Of a stretch of DNA of 64,000 nucleotides, positions 1 to 7,996 are shown piece by piece. A model generated the notes under the pieces. It made no database searches and had not been told where the DNA came from. It saw nothing but the letters and a program-made list of their open reading frames with translations. The DNA lies in assembly GCA_964429815.1 (NCBI GenBank), contig CAYSCM010000003.1, forward strand, positions 1-64,000, written 5' to 3'. The position numbers and the translations under genes are program-made. Position 1 is the stretch's first letter. Every line of letters begins with the position of its first letter. This DNA is from an uncultured Candidatus Saccharibacteria bacterium. Lineage in GTDB: Bacteria; Patescibacteriota; Minisyncoccia; Phycocordibacterales; CAYSCM01.

Positions 1-62
1 TTAGTTGGTAGAGCGCCTCATTTGCAATGAGGAGGTCAGGAGTTCGAATCTCCTCGGGTCCA
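1..62 (+). tRNA. tRNA-Ala (anticodon TGC), 5' part cut by window edge
   Basis: D-loop/stem fragment GTTGGTAGAGCGC, anticodon stem-loop CCTCA/TTTGCAA/TGAGG (anticodon UGC), T-arm AGGAG-TTCGAAT-CTCCT, acceptor 3' strand CGGGTCC with U at position 70 (G3:U70 Ala identity). No encoded CCA. Confidence 0.8.
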
Positions 63-125
63 CATCGAAAATTTTCCTTTGTTCATCTACCTATTTAGAA
101 CTGCCAAGGTTGATATTCGAACATT

Positions 126-563
126 ATGCAGGAGCAACTCAAAAAAATTGGCAACAAGACGCTCTGTCCCATTGCGGTGATTGTGAGGAATGGAAAGATG
201 CTGATGGGTCATAGGCATTACACACCTGACAAATGGAAGAAAATTTCTGTTTGGACTGTGCCTGGCGGAAGATGCGATGATGGAGAAAAAGTTGAAGACA
301 CACTTCGTCGCGAAGTACAGGAAGAAACAGGAATAACGGATTTACAAATCTTGGAGTTTTTAGGTGAAGTCTCAGGCGCAAAGGAAGGCGACATTGTTCC
401 AATCTTTGCTTGCAATACCAGTGAGGAGCCGACGCTAATGGAACCGGAGAAGTTTTCTGAATGGAGATGGATTGATTTTGGTACATACAAGAGTGGCGGG
501 CTGGGTATATTCAATCCAAAAGCGCGAAAAGTCATAATCGCTTATATTTCAAGGCTTCAATAG
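126..563 (+). CDS. NUDIX hydrolase (AT-rich gene)
   Basis: ORF track 145 aa. Perfect Nudix box G-x5-E-x7-REVxEExGI: GRCDDGEKVEDTLRREVQEETGI. GC about 42% versus about 58% for the rest of the window. Confidence 0.85.
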   Translation: MQEQLKKIGNKTLCPIAVIVRNGKMLMGHRHYTPDKWKKISVWTVPGGRCDDGEKVEDTLRREVQEETGITDLQILEFLGEVSGAKEGDIVPIFACNTSEEPTLMEPEKFSEWRWIDFGTYKSGGLGIFNPKARKVIIAYISRLQ

Positions 564-801
564 TTGCATTTCTTTCTGAAGTTCTGCCCATAGCTTCAAC
601 TCGGATATTAAGGAGTTCCAACTAAATCCGATGCAGTGCATCAAATTTTTCTTTGTCGTTTGATTTTTCCACGTAAATCGTTATCCACAGTTTTTTGCGA
701 AAGTTTCAAAAACGCATTGCAAACAGCGCCACAGTTTCTATACTCACGGGAGAACTGTTGTCGCCCTTATCCGAAGGGCACTTACACGAGGAGAGTGGGC
801 G

Positions 802-1284
802 ATGACCCAACAACCCGAAGCACGTGCCGCTGAAACGGAGCCTCCCAGTAATCGCTCGTCTGAGACGATCGGCCTGGAGCGCGCGAAGCTCAAAATGGTT
901 GCCGGCGCATTCCGCAATCCGGAGAACTCAGACCTTGCGCACTATCCGCACAGGGCAAGCGTTCGTCAGCGGATACGGCGTACGCTCATATCGTTGGTAC
1001 AGCGAAGCGGCCTCTCGCCACTCTCGGTGACCTTCGTTGACTACGGCAAGGATTCCGGTCCTGGCGTCATCATTCCGCTTGCGGAATCGACGCTTGTGAT
1101 CGGTGGATGGCCGAAATCGCAGGATCGCTCTCTCGATTTTTTCGTGCACTTCTGCGAGCGTGAAGGAAGCAACGATCACAAGGTCGTGAGGGTGATCGAC
1201 CTGATCGGGAAGTGGCTCCGTGCCTCCGTTGACTACTCCTGGCATAACCCAAATGGGAAGGCGCTCACGATCATCACCGTTTAG
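802..1284 (+). CDS. hypothetical protein
   Basis: 160-aa ORF with the window's GC-rich codon bias, followed by a rho-independent terminator. No recognisable motif. Confidence 0.5.
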   Translation: MTQQPEARAAETEPPSNRSSETIGLERAKLKMVAGAFRNPENSDLAHYPHRASVRQRIRRTLISLVQRSGLSPLSVTFVDYGKDSGPGVIIPLAESTLVIGGWPKSQDRSLDFFVHFCEREGSNDHKVVRVIDLIGKWLRASVDYSWHNPNGKALTIITV

Positions 1285-1320
1285 CCGCGGTCTTAGATTA
1301 GGAGATCTAGCCGAGGCCGC

Positions 1321-1350
1321 CGCGCGAATCGAAAGATTCGCGCGGCTTTT
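1321..1350 (+). terminator. rho-independent terminator
   Basis: CGCGCGAATC-GAAA-GATTCGCGCG hairpin followed by GCTTTT. Confidence 0.7.
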
Positions 1351-1360
1351 CATTGTGCTG

Positions 1361-1431
1361 TCGGGGTGCCGAGAATCGAACTCGGATCGCACGAACCCGA
1401 ATCGTGCATACTACCGTTGTACTACACCCCG
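1361..1431 (-). tRNA. tRNA-Pro (anticodon CGG)
   Basis: Reverse complement gives a cloverleaf: CGGGGTG acceptor, anticodon stem CACGA/TCGTG with loop TTCGGGT (anticodon CGG, G37), T-arm CGAGTTCGATTCTCG. No encoded CCA. Confidence 0.8.
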
Positions 1432-1451
1432 TTGTCTGCTTTGTGAGCAGG

Positions 1452-1524
1452 TGCGCCCTATAGGACTCGAACCTATGACCTCTCCCGTGTGAAGGGAATG
1501 CTCTACCAACTGAGCTAAGAGCGC
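1452..1524 (-). tRNA. tRNA-Val (anticodon CAC)
   Basis: Reverse complement GCGCTCTTAGCTCAGTTGGTAGAGCATTCCCTTCACACGGGAGAGGTCATAGGTTCGAGTCCTATAGGGCGCA. Anticodon loop TTCACAC, canonical D-loop and T-loop GGTTCGAGTCC. Confidence 0.85.
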
Positions 1525-1690
1525 GGCGCCTTCAAATATAGCCACAACTTGTCGAAACACCAAACGCCCTTGCCCTTTGGTGAAGAACGTGCTATGATCC
1601 CGAAATCGTATGGGTTTTCTCGTTTGGTCTGCTGCTTGCGTAGCGTGACAGAGAAGGTCGTCCAACGACTTTAGAAAGACACTACCAAGC

Positions 1691-1993
1691 ATGGCAAAGA
1701 AATTGTATGTCGGTGGTTTGCCGTACTCTACAACGGACGGCGAACTTCGCGATGCTTTTGCTAAAGCAGGTGCCGTTGAGTCGGCTGTCGTCATCATGGA
1801 CAAGATGACTGGTCGCTCAAAGGGCTTCGGTTTCGTCGAAATGGCCTCAGATGATGATGCCAGCAAGGCCATTGATATGTTCAATGGTTCTGATTTCGGC
1901 GGCCGCAAACTCACGGTTTCGGAGGCGCGTCCTATGACGGAGCGCCCACCGCGACGCGAGGGAGGCTTTGGCGGCGGCATGAGGAGCTTCTAA
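1691..1993 (+). CDS. RRM-type RNA-binding protein (glycine-rich C-terminus)
   Basis: RNP2 LYVGGL and RNP1 KGFGFVEM motifs, RGG/GGF-rich tail, 100 aa. Confidence 0.85.
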   Translation: MAKKLYVGGLPYSTTDGELRDAFAKAGAVESAVVIMDKMTGRSKGFGFVEMASDDDASKAIDMFNGSDFGGRKLTVSEARPMTERPPRREGGFGGGMRSF

Positions 1994-2007
1994 TCCTCTC
2001 CGCACCG

Positions 2008-2040
2008 AAAACCCCGCACCAAGGTGCGGGGTTTTCGTTT
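2008..2040 (+). terminator. rho-independent terminator
   Basis: AAAACCCCGCACC-AAG-GTGCGGGGTTTT followed by CGTTTT. Confidence 0.8.
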
Positions 2041-2076
2041 TACCGGCTCAGTGATAGCATCATTTTTGTTCAACTG

Positions 2077-2147
2077 GGGCCTATAGTTCAGTGGCAAAAC
2101 GCCGCATTCGCATTGCGGAGGCGGGGGTTCGATTCCCCCTAGGTCCA
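2077..2147 (+). tRNA. tRNA-Ala (anticodon CGC)
   Basis: GGGCCTA acceptor pairing with TAGGTCC (G3:U70), anticodon stem CCGCA/TGCGG with loop TTCGCAT, T-arm GGGGGTTCGATTCCCCC. No encoded CCA. Abuts the ATG of the next gene. Confidence 0.85.
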
Positions 2148-2149
2148 CT

Positions 2150-2830
2150 ATGAAAGTGCTTATTGTTGGTCGCGAGAAGGAAAGTGCGGAAAAACTTTTC
2201 TCCATGCACAACGAATTCATGCTTGTTTCGGCTAATCCCGAAATGGTAGTGAGCTTTGGCGGAGACGGGACGCTCATGGAAGCGGAGTTCCTGTATCCCG
2301 GCGTACCTAAGCTCTATTTAAAAAATAGCCGAATAGGGAAGTTGGCCCATAATCACACCAATGAAGATATCGTCGCGGCTGTAGCTGCAGGAAACTATAC
2401 AGTCGAAGAGCACTTCAAGCTCGAAGCTAGCGCAAAAAGAGAGGTGCTTCTCGGACTCAACGACATCATCGTCCACAATGCTGATCCGCGGCACGGCATC
2501 CGCTACACGGTGGCGATCGACAGGAAGCAGTTGGGGCACGAAATCATCGGGGACGGGGTCGTCTTCGCGACCCCACTCGGCTCTACCGGCTACTATCGCT
2601 CTATCACCGACAGCAATTTCGAGCAGGGGATAGGGCTCGCGTTCAACAACTCGACCGAGCAGCGCGACCACATCGTCTTACGAGAAGATCGAACGATAGA
2701 AGTGCGCATCACACGCGGCCCAGCTATGTGCTACGCCGACAATCAGAAAAAATTTATCGAACTTCGCGAAGGCGAGGGAATCAAGGTCGCGCGTTCCTCG
2801 CAGTCAGCAAAACTTATTAAGGTCGAGTAG
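2150..2830 (+). CDS. nadK: NAD(+) kinase
   Basis: GGDGT motif (SFGGDGTLM) and the conserved D-x-x-ATPLGSTGY region, 226 aa. Confidence 0.8.
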   Translation: MKVLIVGREKESAEKLFSMHNEFMLVSANPEMVVSFGGDGTLMEAEFLYPGVPKLYLKNSRIGKLAHNHTNEDIVAAVAAGNYTVEEHFKLEASAKREVLLGLNDIIVHNADPRHGIRYTVAIDRKQLGHEIIGDGVVFATPLGSTGYYRSITDSNFEQGIGLAFNNSTEQRDHIVLREDRTIEVRITRGPAMCYADNQKKFIELREGEGIKVARSSQSAKLIKVE

Positions 2831-2866
2831 GTTCTTTGTACTATCGCGATGCGCTACACTGGGTGA

Positions 2867-3571
2867 ATGAACTCAGTGGCATTAGGAACAGCGGCAGTAG
2901 CGGGCCTGGTCTCGTTCTTATCTCCCTGTGTACTCCCCATCATTCCTGGGTTTCTCGCCTACCTTGCCGGCGCCAGCACGAAAGGGGAGGCGAGGCGGCT
3001 CGACATATTCCTCAACAGCCTTCTCTTTGTCCTCGGCTTCTCGCTTGTTTTCGCACTCCTTGGAGTTCTCCTCAATTCGATCTTGGCAGGCGCGGCGCCA
3101 GCAGTAAACGCCTGGCTTGCGCGCATCGGCGGGCTTATCATCATTTTTTTTGGCCTTTACCTCACGCGGCTTATCCGCATTCCATTCCTTGAGCGCGACT
3201 ATCAGTTCAAAGTCTCCACCCGTTTCAAATCAAGCTATATCACCTCGCTCCTCTTCGGTGCTGCGTTCGCGGCGGGCTGGACTCCCTGCGTCGGCGCGGT
3301 CCTGGGGAGTATTCTCACGCTCGCCGCGGTAAATCCCGGTTCAGCCTTCGCGCTTCTCTTTTCCTACTCCCTGGGGCTTGGGGTGCCCTTCCTTCTCGTA
3401 GGCGCGTTTACTGCCTCAGCCGATAGAGCGATAGCGCGTCTCGGCAAAGCAATCGTCTATCTGAATATCGTCTTTGGAGCTCTCCTCATTGTCATTGGAA
3501 TTTTCGCATTTACGCAAAACCTCACCCTACTATTTAATCTTTCTCTTCTTAATTCGCTTCTTCTTCGATGA
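2867..3571 (+). CDS. ccdA: cytochrome c-type biogenesis / thiol-disulfide transporter CcdA (DsbD transmembrane domain family)
   Basis: Polytopic membrane protein with the conserved LSPCVLP motif and a second Cys-containing TM (WTPCVGAVLG). Translationally overlaps the next gene (ATGA). Confidence 0.8.
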   Translation: MNSVALGTAAVAGLVSFLSPCVLPIIPGFLAYLAGASTKGEARRLDIFLNSLLFVLGFSLVFALLGVLLNSILAGAAPAVNAWLARIGGLIIIFFGLYLTRLIRIPFLERDYQFKVSTRFKSSYITSLLFGAAFAAGWTPCVGAVLGSILTLAAVNPGSAFALLFSYSLGLGVPFLLVGAFTASADRAIARLGKAIVYLNIVFGALLIVIGIFAFTQNLTLLFNLSLLNSLLLR

Positions 3572-4683
3572 TCTTCACGTGGCGCACAACCGTCTTGCTC
3601 ATAGTGGTTGCGACAATAGCCGGAGCAATACTTCTGCTTGAGCAGGCTAAACCCATGGAGGGAAGCGGTAAGCGAGTGACACTCGCGACGACGACGGACA
3701 AGGTCGCAACGTACCCACCCGCGGTTGAATTCTCCAACCCGACCGGCTTCATCAACAGCCCCTCGCCGGAGGGAAGCGACAAGCCGTTTACGCTCAAAAG
3801 CCTCATCGGCAAGAAGGTCATCCTTGTCGATTTCTGGACCTACAGCTGCATCAACTGCATTCGGACCCTCCCGTATCTCACAGGCTGGTACGAGCGCTAC
3901 CATGACAAGGGGCTCGAGATAGTCGGCGTCCATACCCCCGAGTTTGGTTTTGAAAAAGTGTACGCGAACGTGCTCGCCGCCGTACGGAAATTCGGCATAG
4001 CGTATCCGGTCGTGCTCGACAGCGATTATGGCACCTGGAGCGCATACGGAAATCAATACTGGCCGCACGAATACCTCATCGACATTGATGGCTACATTGT
4101 CGAGGACCATGTCGGGGAAGGTGGGTACGCGCAGACGGAGGAGGAAATACAGAAACTTCTTGCCGAGCGGGCGCGGCGCCTTGGCGAGGTCGTCGCGGTG
4201 TCCGGGCCGACGCTCTCTCCGAGTAAGGCGGAGCCGGCCGGACAGCATCCGCTCTCGCCCGAAACATACTTTGGCGCCGGCCGAAACGAATTTTTCGGCA
4301 ACGGTACGCAGGGAGTGGAAGGCACACAGATGTTGACTATTCCCGCCGCTACGGAGCCGGAAGAGTTCTACCTGTCGGGGAGTTGGAATTTTACCAAGGA
4401 GTATGCAAAAAATCTTACGTCAGCGCGCATCAGATACGCCTATCAGGGCGATAATTTATTTTTCGTGGCAAGCTCGGAGCGGGGCGTCACGATAAAAATT
4501 TTGCGTGACGGCAAACCGCTCTCCGCGGATATTCGCGGCGAAGATGTAGATGCCGACTCAACCGCTCACATTAAGGAAAATCGCCTTTACCGCCTCATCG
4601 AGGATAAAATGTGGGGGCAGCATACGATCGACATCCAAGTAGAGTCGCCAGGTCTCCAAGCATTTACCTTTACCTTCGGGTAA
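3568..4683 (+). CDS. TlpA/ResA-like thioredoxin-fold thiol-disulfide oxidoreductase with long C-terminal extension
   Basis: N-terminal TM anchor and a redoxin fold with CxxC (WTYSCINCIRTLP), 371 aa. About 180 aa of extra C-terminal domain of unknown fold. Confidence 0.75.
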   Translation: MIFTWRTTVLLIVVATIAGAILLLEQAKPMEGSGKRVTLATTTDKVATYPPAVEFSNPTGFINSPSPEGSDKPFTLKSLIGKKVILVDFWTYSCINCIRTLPYLTGWYERYHDKGLEIVGVHTPEFGFEKVYANVLAAVRKFGIAYPVVLDSDYGTWSAYGNQYWPHEYLIDIDGYIVEDHVGEGGYAQTEEEIQKLLAERARRLGEVVAVSGPTLSPSKAEPAGQHPLSPETYFGAGRNEFFGNGTQGVEGTQMLTIPAATEPEEFYLSGSWNFTKEYAKNLTSARIRYAYQGDNLFFVASSERGVTIKILRDGKPLSADIRGEDVDADSTAHIKENRLYRLIEDKMWGQHTIDIQVESPGLQAFTFTFG

Positions 4684-4708
4684 TTTCGTGGAAAAATAGC
4701 GCACGTTC

Positions 4709-4781
4709 GGGCCCATAGCTCAGCTGGTAGAGCGCTCCCATGGCATGGGAGAGGTCAGGGGTTCAAGTCCCCTTGGGTCCA
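4709..4781 (+). tRNA. tRNA-Ala (anticodon GGC)
   Basis: GGGCCCA acceptor pairing with TGGGTCC (G3:U70), anticodon stem CTCCC/GGGAG with loop ATGGCAT, T-arm GGGGTTCAAGTCCCC. Confidence 0.85.
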
Positions 4782-4819
4782 CCCGCATAACCTGGTAGGC
4801 AACATTCCACGTCTTGAAA

Positions 4820-4848
4820 AAAGCCGCCCGTAAGGCGGCTTTTGTGGT
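4820..4848. terminator. bidirectional rho-independent terminator
   Basis: AAAAAAGCCGCC-CGTAA-GGCGGCTTTTGT. It is T/A-flanked on both strands and sits between the + strand tRNA and the stop of a - strand small ORF. Confidence 0.75.
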
Positions 4849-4870
4849 GCTCGGGACGCGTGTCTCATCA

Positions 4871-5086
4871 CTAAAGGCTTTTTGGCGCGAGCTTCGATAT
4901 TGCCCAGGGCACAAATGCCGACAGAAAGAAAGGTGCGGATACCAAGAGAGGTATCAATCCGTGGTGTTTGTCGCCGAGATCTTTCAGGGCCGCAACGATG
5001 GTCGGCAAATAGGCGATTGCTACTAGGAGCAAAATGAACCAGCAGGTAAGAAGAGAACGTACTGTCCAGAGCTTTATGTATTTGCC
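4871..5086 (-). CDS. small two-TM membrane protein (hypothetical)
   Basis: ORF 4871..5107 (-). Likely start at MGKYIKLW, preceded by GGAGGA at Shine-Dalgarno distance. Two hydrophobic helices. The terminator lies immediately downstream on the - strand. Confidence 0.55.
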   Translation of the reverse strand, partial: GKYIKLWTVRSLLTCWFILLLVAIAYLPTIVAALKDLGDKHHGLIPLLVSAPFFLSAFVPWAISKLAPKSL

Positions 5087-5256
5087 CATTTCGTCCTCCA
5101 TTCGCATTCAACTGTGGGTAGTAAGGCATATCTGGATAATTTTGCCAACCAGGCATTATGCGACGTCGTGCAAAAAACTCGCCTCAGTCGCAAAATATGC
5201 GACTATGGAGTCGAACATTCGTTTTAACCCAATAGTTCGAATTCCGTCCGGAAACG

Positions 5257-5303
5257 GTCCACATAGCACAAAACCTGCCCTGCGGCAGGTTTTGTGCTAT
5301 GTG
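5257..5303. repeat. long perfect inverted repeat (about 20-bp stem hairpin)
   Basis: CCACATAGCACAAAACCTGCC-CTGC-GGCAGGTTTTGTGCTATGTGG in an ORF-poor 280-bp spacer. Confidence 0.7.
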
Positions 5304-5399
5304 GAAGCCGGAGCATGTCGCAAAGCGACGCGAGGCGGGGTCGAGAACACTTAGCGCGTAGCGCTTAGCAACCTAGGCCAAATCTCCTTGGGTCTGCAA

Positions 5400-5431
5400 A
5401 AGAAAGCGAGCCGCAGAGCGGCTCGCGTTTA
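5400..5431 (-). terminator. rho-independent terminator for the - strand gene 5435..6193
   Basis: On the - strand: AAACGCGAGCCGC-TCTG-CGGCTCGCTTTCTTTT directly after the stop codon. Confidence 0.75.
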
Positions 5432-5434
5432 GAG

Positions 5435-6193
5435 CTAGAGGGTAGTATCACTCCCTCCGAAATCCGGAAACACAAAGAGAATCCGGGCATCAAGCGCCGC
5501 GATCTCGCTGATGAAGGCGCGCCACGCACGGACCTGAGCGACGGCCCACGGCTCCTCCGCAAGCTCCTGCCACTCGCGTGAACCCGCACTTTCCATTTCG
5601 CTTAGCCACTCCCCTACGGTGGTTGCCTCAGACCAGACGAAAGGAGCGCCACGGATGGGGTGGTACTCTTTTCGAATGAAGTGGCGGAATCTGCGCGTCG
5701 GAAGCGCGATGCGCGCATTGTGCACTTCACGCATGTCCGTTTGGTAGTTCATCCAGAGCTCAGGTTTCTCAAAAAGCACGACATACTCTTCGCCACCACG
5801 TAGGCGTCCGTACGATGCCCCTTGTTCTTGCCACGTCCAGAGGGCGCGATCATCCTTGGGGCCGATGAGAACGAAGCGCGGAGCGAAGTTCCTCTTGCAG
5901 GGTTTTTCAAAGAGTTCGCAAAGCTTCTTGAAGAGATAGCTGAACGCACAGATACCCGCTCGCTCTTTTTGGGAATGATGGATGTGTGCGTACTCTTTTT
6001 CTGTCAGCTTGGCAAAGCGCGTGATGTAACCGAAGGAGATCGTCTCGTCCGCTCTCCACAGCGTGTAGTGCCTTTGCACTGCGGAGACTTTTTTTGCCTC
6101 CGGATTTTGAAGGATGCCGCGGCGGGACCGGGTCGCTTTAACAGCAGCGAACCGGTGCGGCTTAAGCACGACAAGTCCGGCATTAAAACCCAT
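5435..6193 (-). CDS. hypothetical protein (co-directional with folB)
   Basis: 252-aa ORF with good GC-rich codon bias. No motif I can confidently assign; ThyX-like RH..S considered and rejected. Confidence 0.55.
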   Translation of the reverse strand: MGFNAGLVVLKPHRFAAVKATRSRRGILQNPEAKKVSAVQRHYTLWRADETISFGYITRFAKLTEKEYAHIHHSQKERAGICAFSYLFKKLCELFEKPCKRNFAPRFVLIGPKDDRALWTWQEQGASYGRLRGGEEYVVLFEKPELWMNYQTDMREVHNARIALPTRRFRHFIRKEYHPIRGAPFVWSEATTVGEWLSEMESAGSREWQELAEEPWAVAQVRAWRAFISEIAALDARILFVFPDFGGSDTTL

Positions 6194-6246
6194 GAGAGTT
6201 CTCCTTATGTGTTTTGAGCTAGTGACAAAGAACTAGGCACGCCGTG

Positions 6247-6600
6247 CTAGTGCGTCTGTGAGCGCGCGATGACGACGCCGGGGGTGCCATTGCCCCAGAC
6301 GTCGGGCTTTGCGATGGTGACAGCGCATGCGACAACACGTGTGTCAGCAAGGATCGCTGTTGCTATAGTGTGGCCGATCTTTTCGATGAGGTAGGTATGC
6401 TCTCCCTCGACGATAGATCGGATGAGGTCGCGGACTGCCTTGTAATTTACGGTATCCACAAGTGAATCGCTCTCTGCTGCCTTTCTGGTGTCGACTTCCA
6501 TCCGTACGCTGATGGAAAAGCGCTGGGACGTTGTTCTTTCCTCAGGATTCACGCCGTGACGGCCGGCAAAAACCAGCTCATCGATAAAAATGGTATCCAT
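6247..6600 (-). CDS. folB: 7,8-dihydroneopterin aldolase
   Basis: 117 aa, typical FolB length. N-terminal MDTIFIDEL..GRHGV..EE and central KAAESD..VDTVNY match the FolB tunnel-fold consensus (E. coli FolB MDIVFIEQL...KAAKSDDVADCLSY). Confidence 0.8.
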   Translation of the reverse strand: MDTIFIDELVFAGRHGVNPEERTTSQRFSISVRMEVDTRKAAESDSLVDTVNYKAVRDLIRSIVEGEHTYLIEKIGHTIATAILADTRVVACAVTIAKPDVWGNGTPGVVIARSQTH

Positions 6601-6699
6601 AACTCGTGCACTAAACGAATAATCGAGTTATGGATTCGCTAGATCATGGAAGCGATTTAGATCCCTAGCATATCACAGCAGAAGGGCGCTTGGTATACT

Positions 6700-7119
6700 T
6701 TGACCATGGACCCGGAAGGGGGAGGTATCGTGGAAAAAGAGGTGCGGCGTCCGTTCCCGACGTATTTTGCGCGGCATTACTACGGCGACGTTGTGCGGTC
6801 ACTGTTCCTTGCCGCAGGGGTCATACTTATTCTCGGGGCCGCCTTTGGAGAAGGGCCGCTGACGCCACTATGGACTACCCTTACCGCACTTGCCCTGGCG
6901 CTGTTCGCCGGCATCACGAATCCACGGCGGCGCTCAATAGCAATAGTCGATCTTCTTATCGCGATCGGTGGACTTTTGATATTTGCATATTCTGCCCTCG
7001 CTTTGTACCAAGGCGGCGCGGACACGATCTCCATCTTCGAGCGCTCGGTGCTTGCTCTATTGTTTTTCTTTGCGCTTTACTACAGCGCCAGAGCGCTTCG
7101 CGGCAGTGTGTCGGGTTGA
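6700..7119 (+). CDS. hypothetical membrane protein (4 predicted TM)
   Basis: Hydrophobic helices (LFLAAGVILILGAAF, LTALALALFAGI, LLIAIGGLLIFAY, LALLFFFALYY), 139 aa. Confidence 0.55.
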   Translation: MTMDPEGGGIVEKEVRRPFPTYFARHYYGDVVRSLFLAAGVILILGAAFGEGPLTPLWTTLTALALALFAGITNPRRRSIAIVDLLIAIGGLLIFAYSALALYQGGADTISIFERSVLALLFFFALYYSARALRGSVSG

Positions 7120-7226
7120 CAGGAATTGTTGCGGTAATCGCTAGGGCGGCGCTTCGTCTTTATACACAGGCCGGGACCGGCTTCTGGGGCACAATAGTCC
7201 CAGTTATTACAAATTAACCTGAAAGT

Positions 7227-7910
7227 ATGCCCATAGCCATTATAATCGCGCTCTTGCTCGCCGGAGGGATTTCCGTCGGGGCCCAGAGCGCAACACCCGG
7301 TTCGCTCCTCTATCCGGTGAAGACCGGCATCAATGAACAAATCGAGCAGGCGCTCGCATTCTCGACCGAAGGGAAGGCAGGCGTCCACGCGGAGCTCGCC
7401 GGACATCGTCTGGAGGAAATGGAAGAGGTCTCAGCGCAGGAGAATGTCAACCCGGACGTCATTGCGAGACTCAAGGCGCAGTTTGAAGATCAGGCCAAGC
7501 AATTCGATGAGATTGTCGCTCGACTGAAAGCGCAAGGTAACGACACCGCCGCGGCGCACGTCTCGGCTGCGTTCAATGATGTAATCGCGACGCACGAGGC
7601 TCTTATCGCCAAGCTGACCGCCGAGGCATCGACGACCAGCTCGATCGGCGACTCCGTGAAAGTGGACCTCGACGACGTCCTCGAGTCGCTCAGGGAACAC
7701 AAGGCTCATAATGAGGAAATGCGCGCCAGTTCGTCCGAAGAGACAGACATGAATTCCGATGATTCCTCGTCGGACGGGAACGACGAGACTGGCGACTCCA
7801 CCGACGGTACGGAAGATATCCACATGCGGACCGGCACCTCGGTCAATTCGGAGCATGCCACAAGCGGCATACGGATCGATACAGAGGGAGCGGGACACGT
7901 CGGCATTTAG
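7227..7910 (+). CDS. secreted acidic protein, DUF5667-like
   Basis: Signal peptide, then the PGSLLYPVK motif typical of the CPR-enriched DUF5667 family, a coiled-coil middle region, and a D/S/E-rich acidic tail. Confidence 0.6.
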   Translation: MPIAIIIALLLAGGISVGAQSATPGSLLYPVKTGINEQIEQALAFSTEGKAGVHAELAGHRLEEMEEVSAQENVNPDVIARLKAQFEDQAKQFDEIVARLKAQGNDTAAAHVSAAFNDVIATHEALIAKLTAEASTTSSIGDSVKVDLDDVLESLREHKAHNEEMRASSSEETDMNSDDSSSDGNDETGDSTDGTEDIHMRTGTSVNSEHATSGIRIDTEGAGHVGI

Positions 7911-7920
7911 GGGTATTTTT

Positions 7921-7957
7921 TGAACCGACCGGCATCTTCGTGCCGGTCGGTTTCGTT
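7921..7957 (+). terminator. rho-independent terminator
   Basis: GAACCGACCGGCA-TCTTCG-TGCCGGTCGGTTTCGTTTCC. Confidence 0.8.
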
Positions 7958-7996
7958 TCCACACAGTGACGCTTCTCCACGGCGCCCCATGATACG

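Noticed and set aside
1220-1492. 90-aa + strand ORF
   Set aside because: It overlaps the tRNA-Pro and tRNA-Val genes and the terminator hairpin. Artefact.
3457-4248. 263-aa - strand ORF
   Set aside because: Antisense to the TlpA-like redoxin gene. R-rich composition, no motifs.
4755-5156. 133-aa - strand ORF
   Set aside because: It overlaps the tRNA-Ala(GGC) gene and terminator. The overlapping 78-aa frame with an SD and TM helices is the better candidate.
5435-6193. Possible ThyX (FAD-dependent thymidylate synthase) assignment for the 252-aa ORF
   Set aside because: It has an RH...S-like stretch, but the defining RHR-x7-S-x-R and downstream QE.S.RY ThyX motifs are not present. Left as hypothetical.
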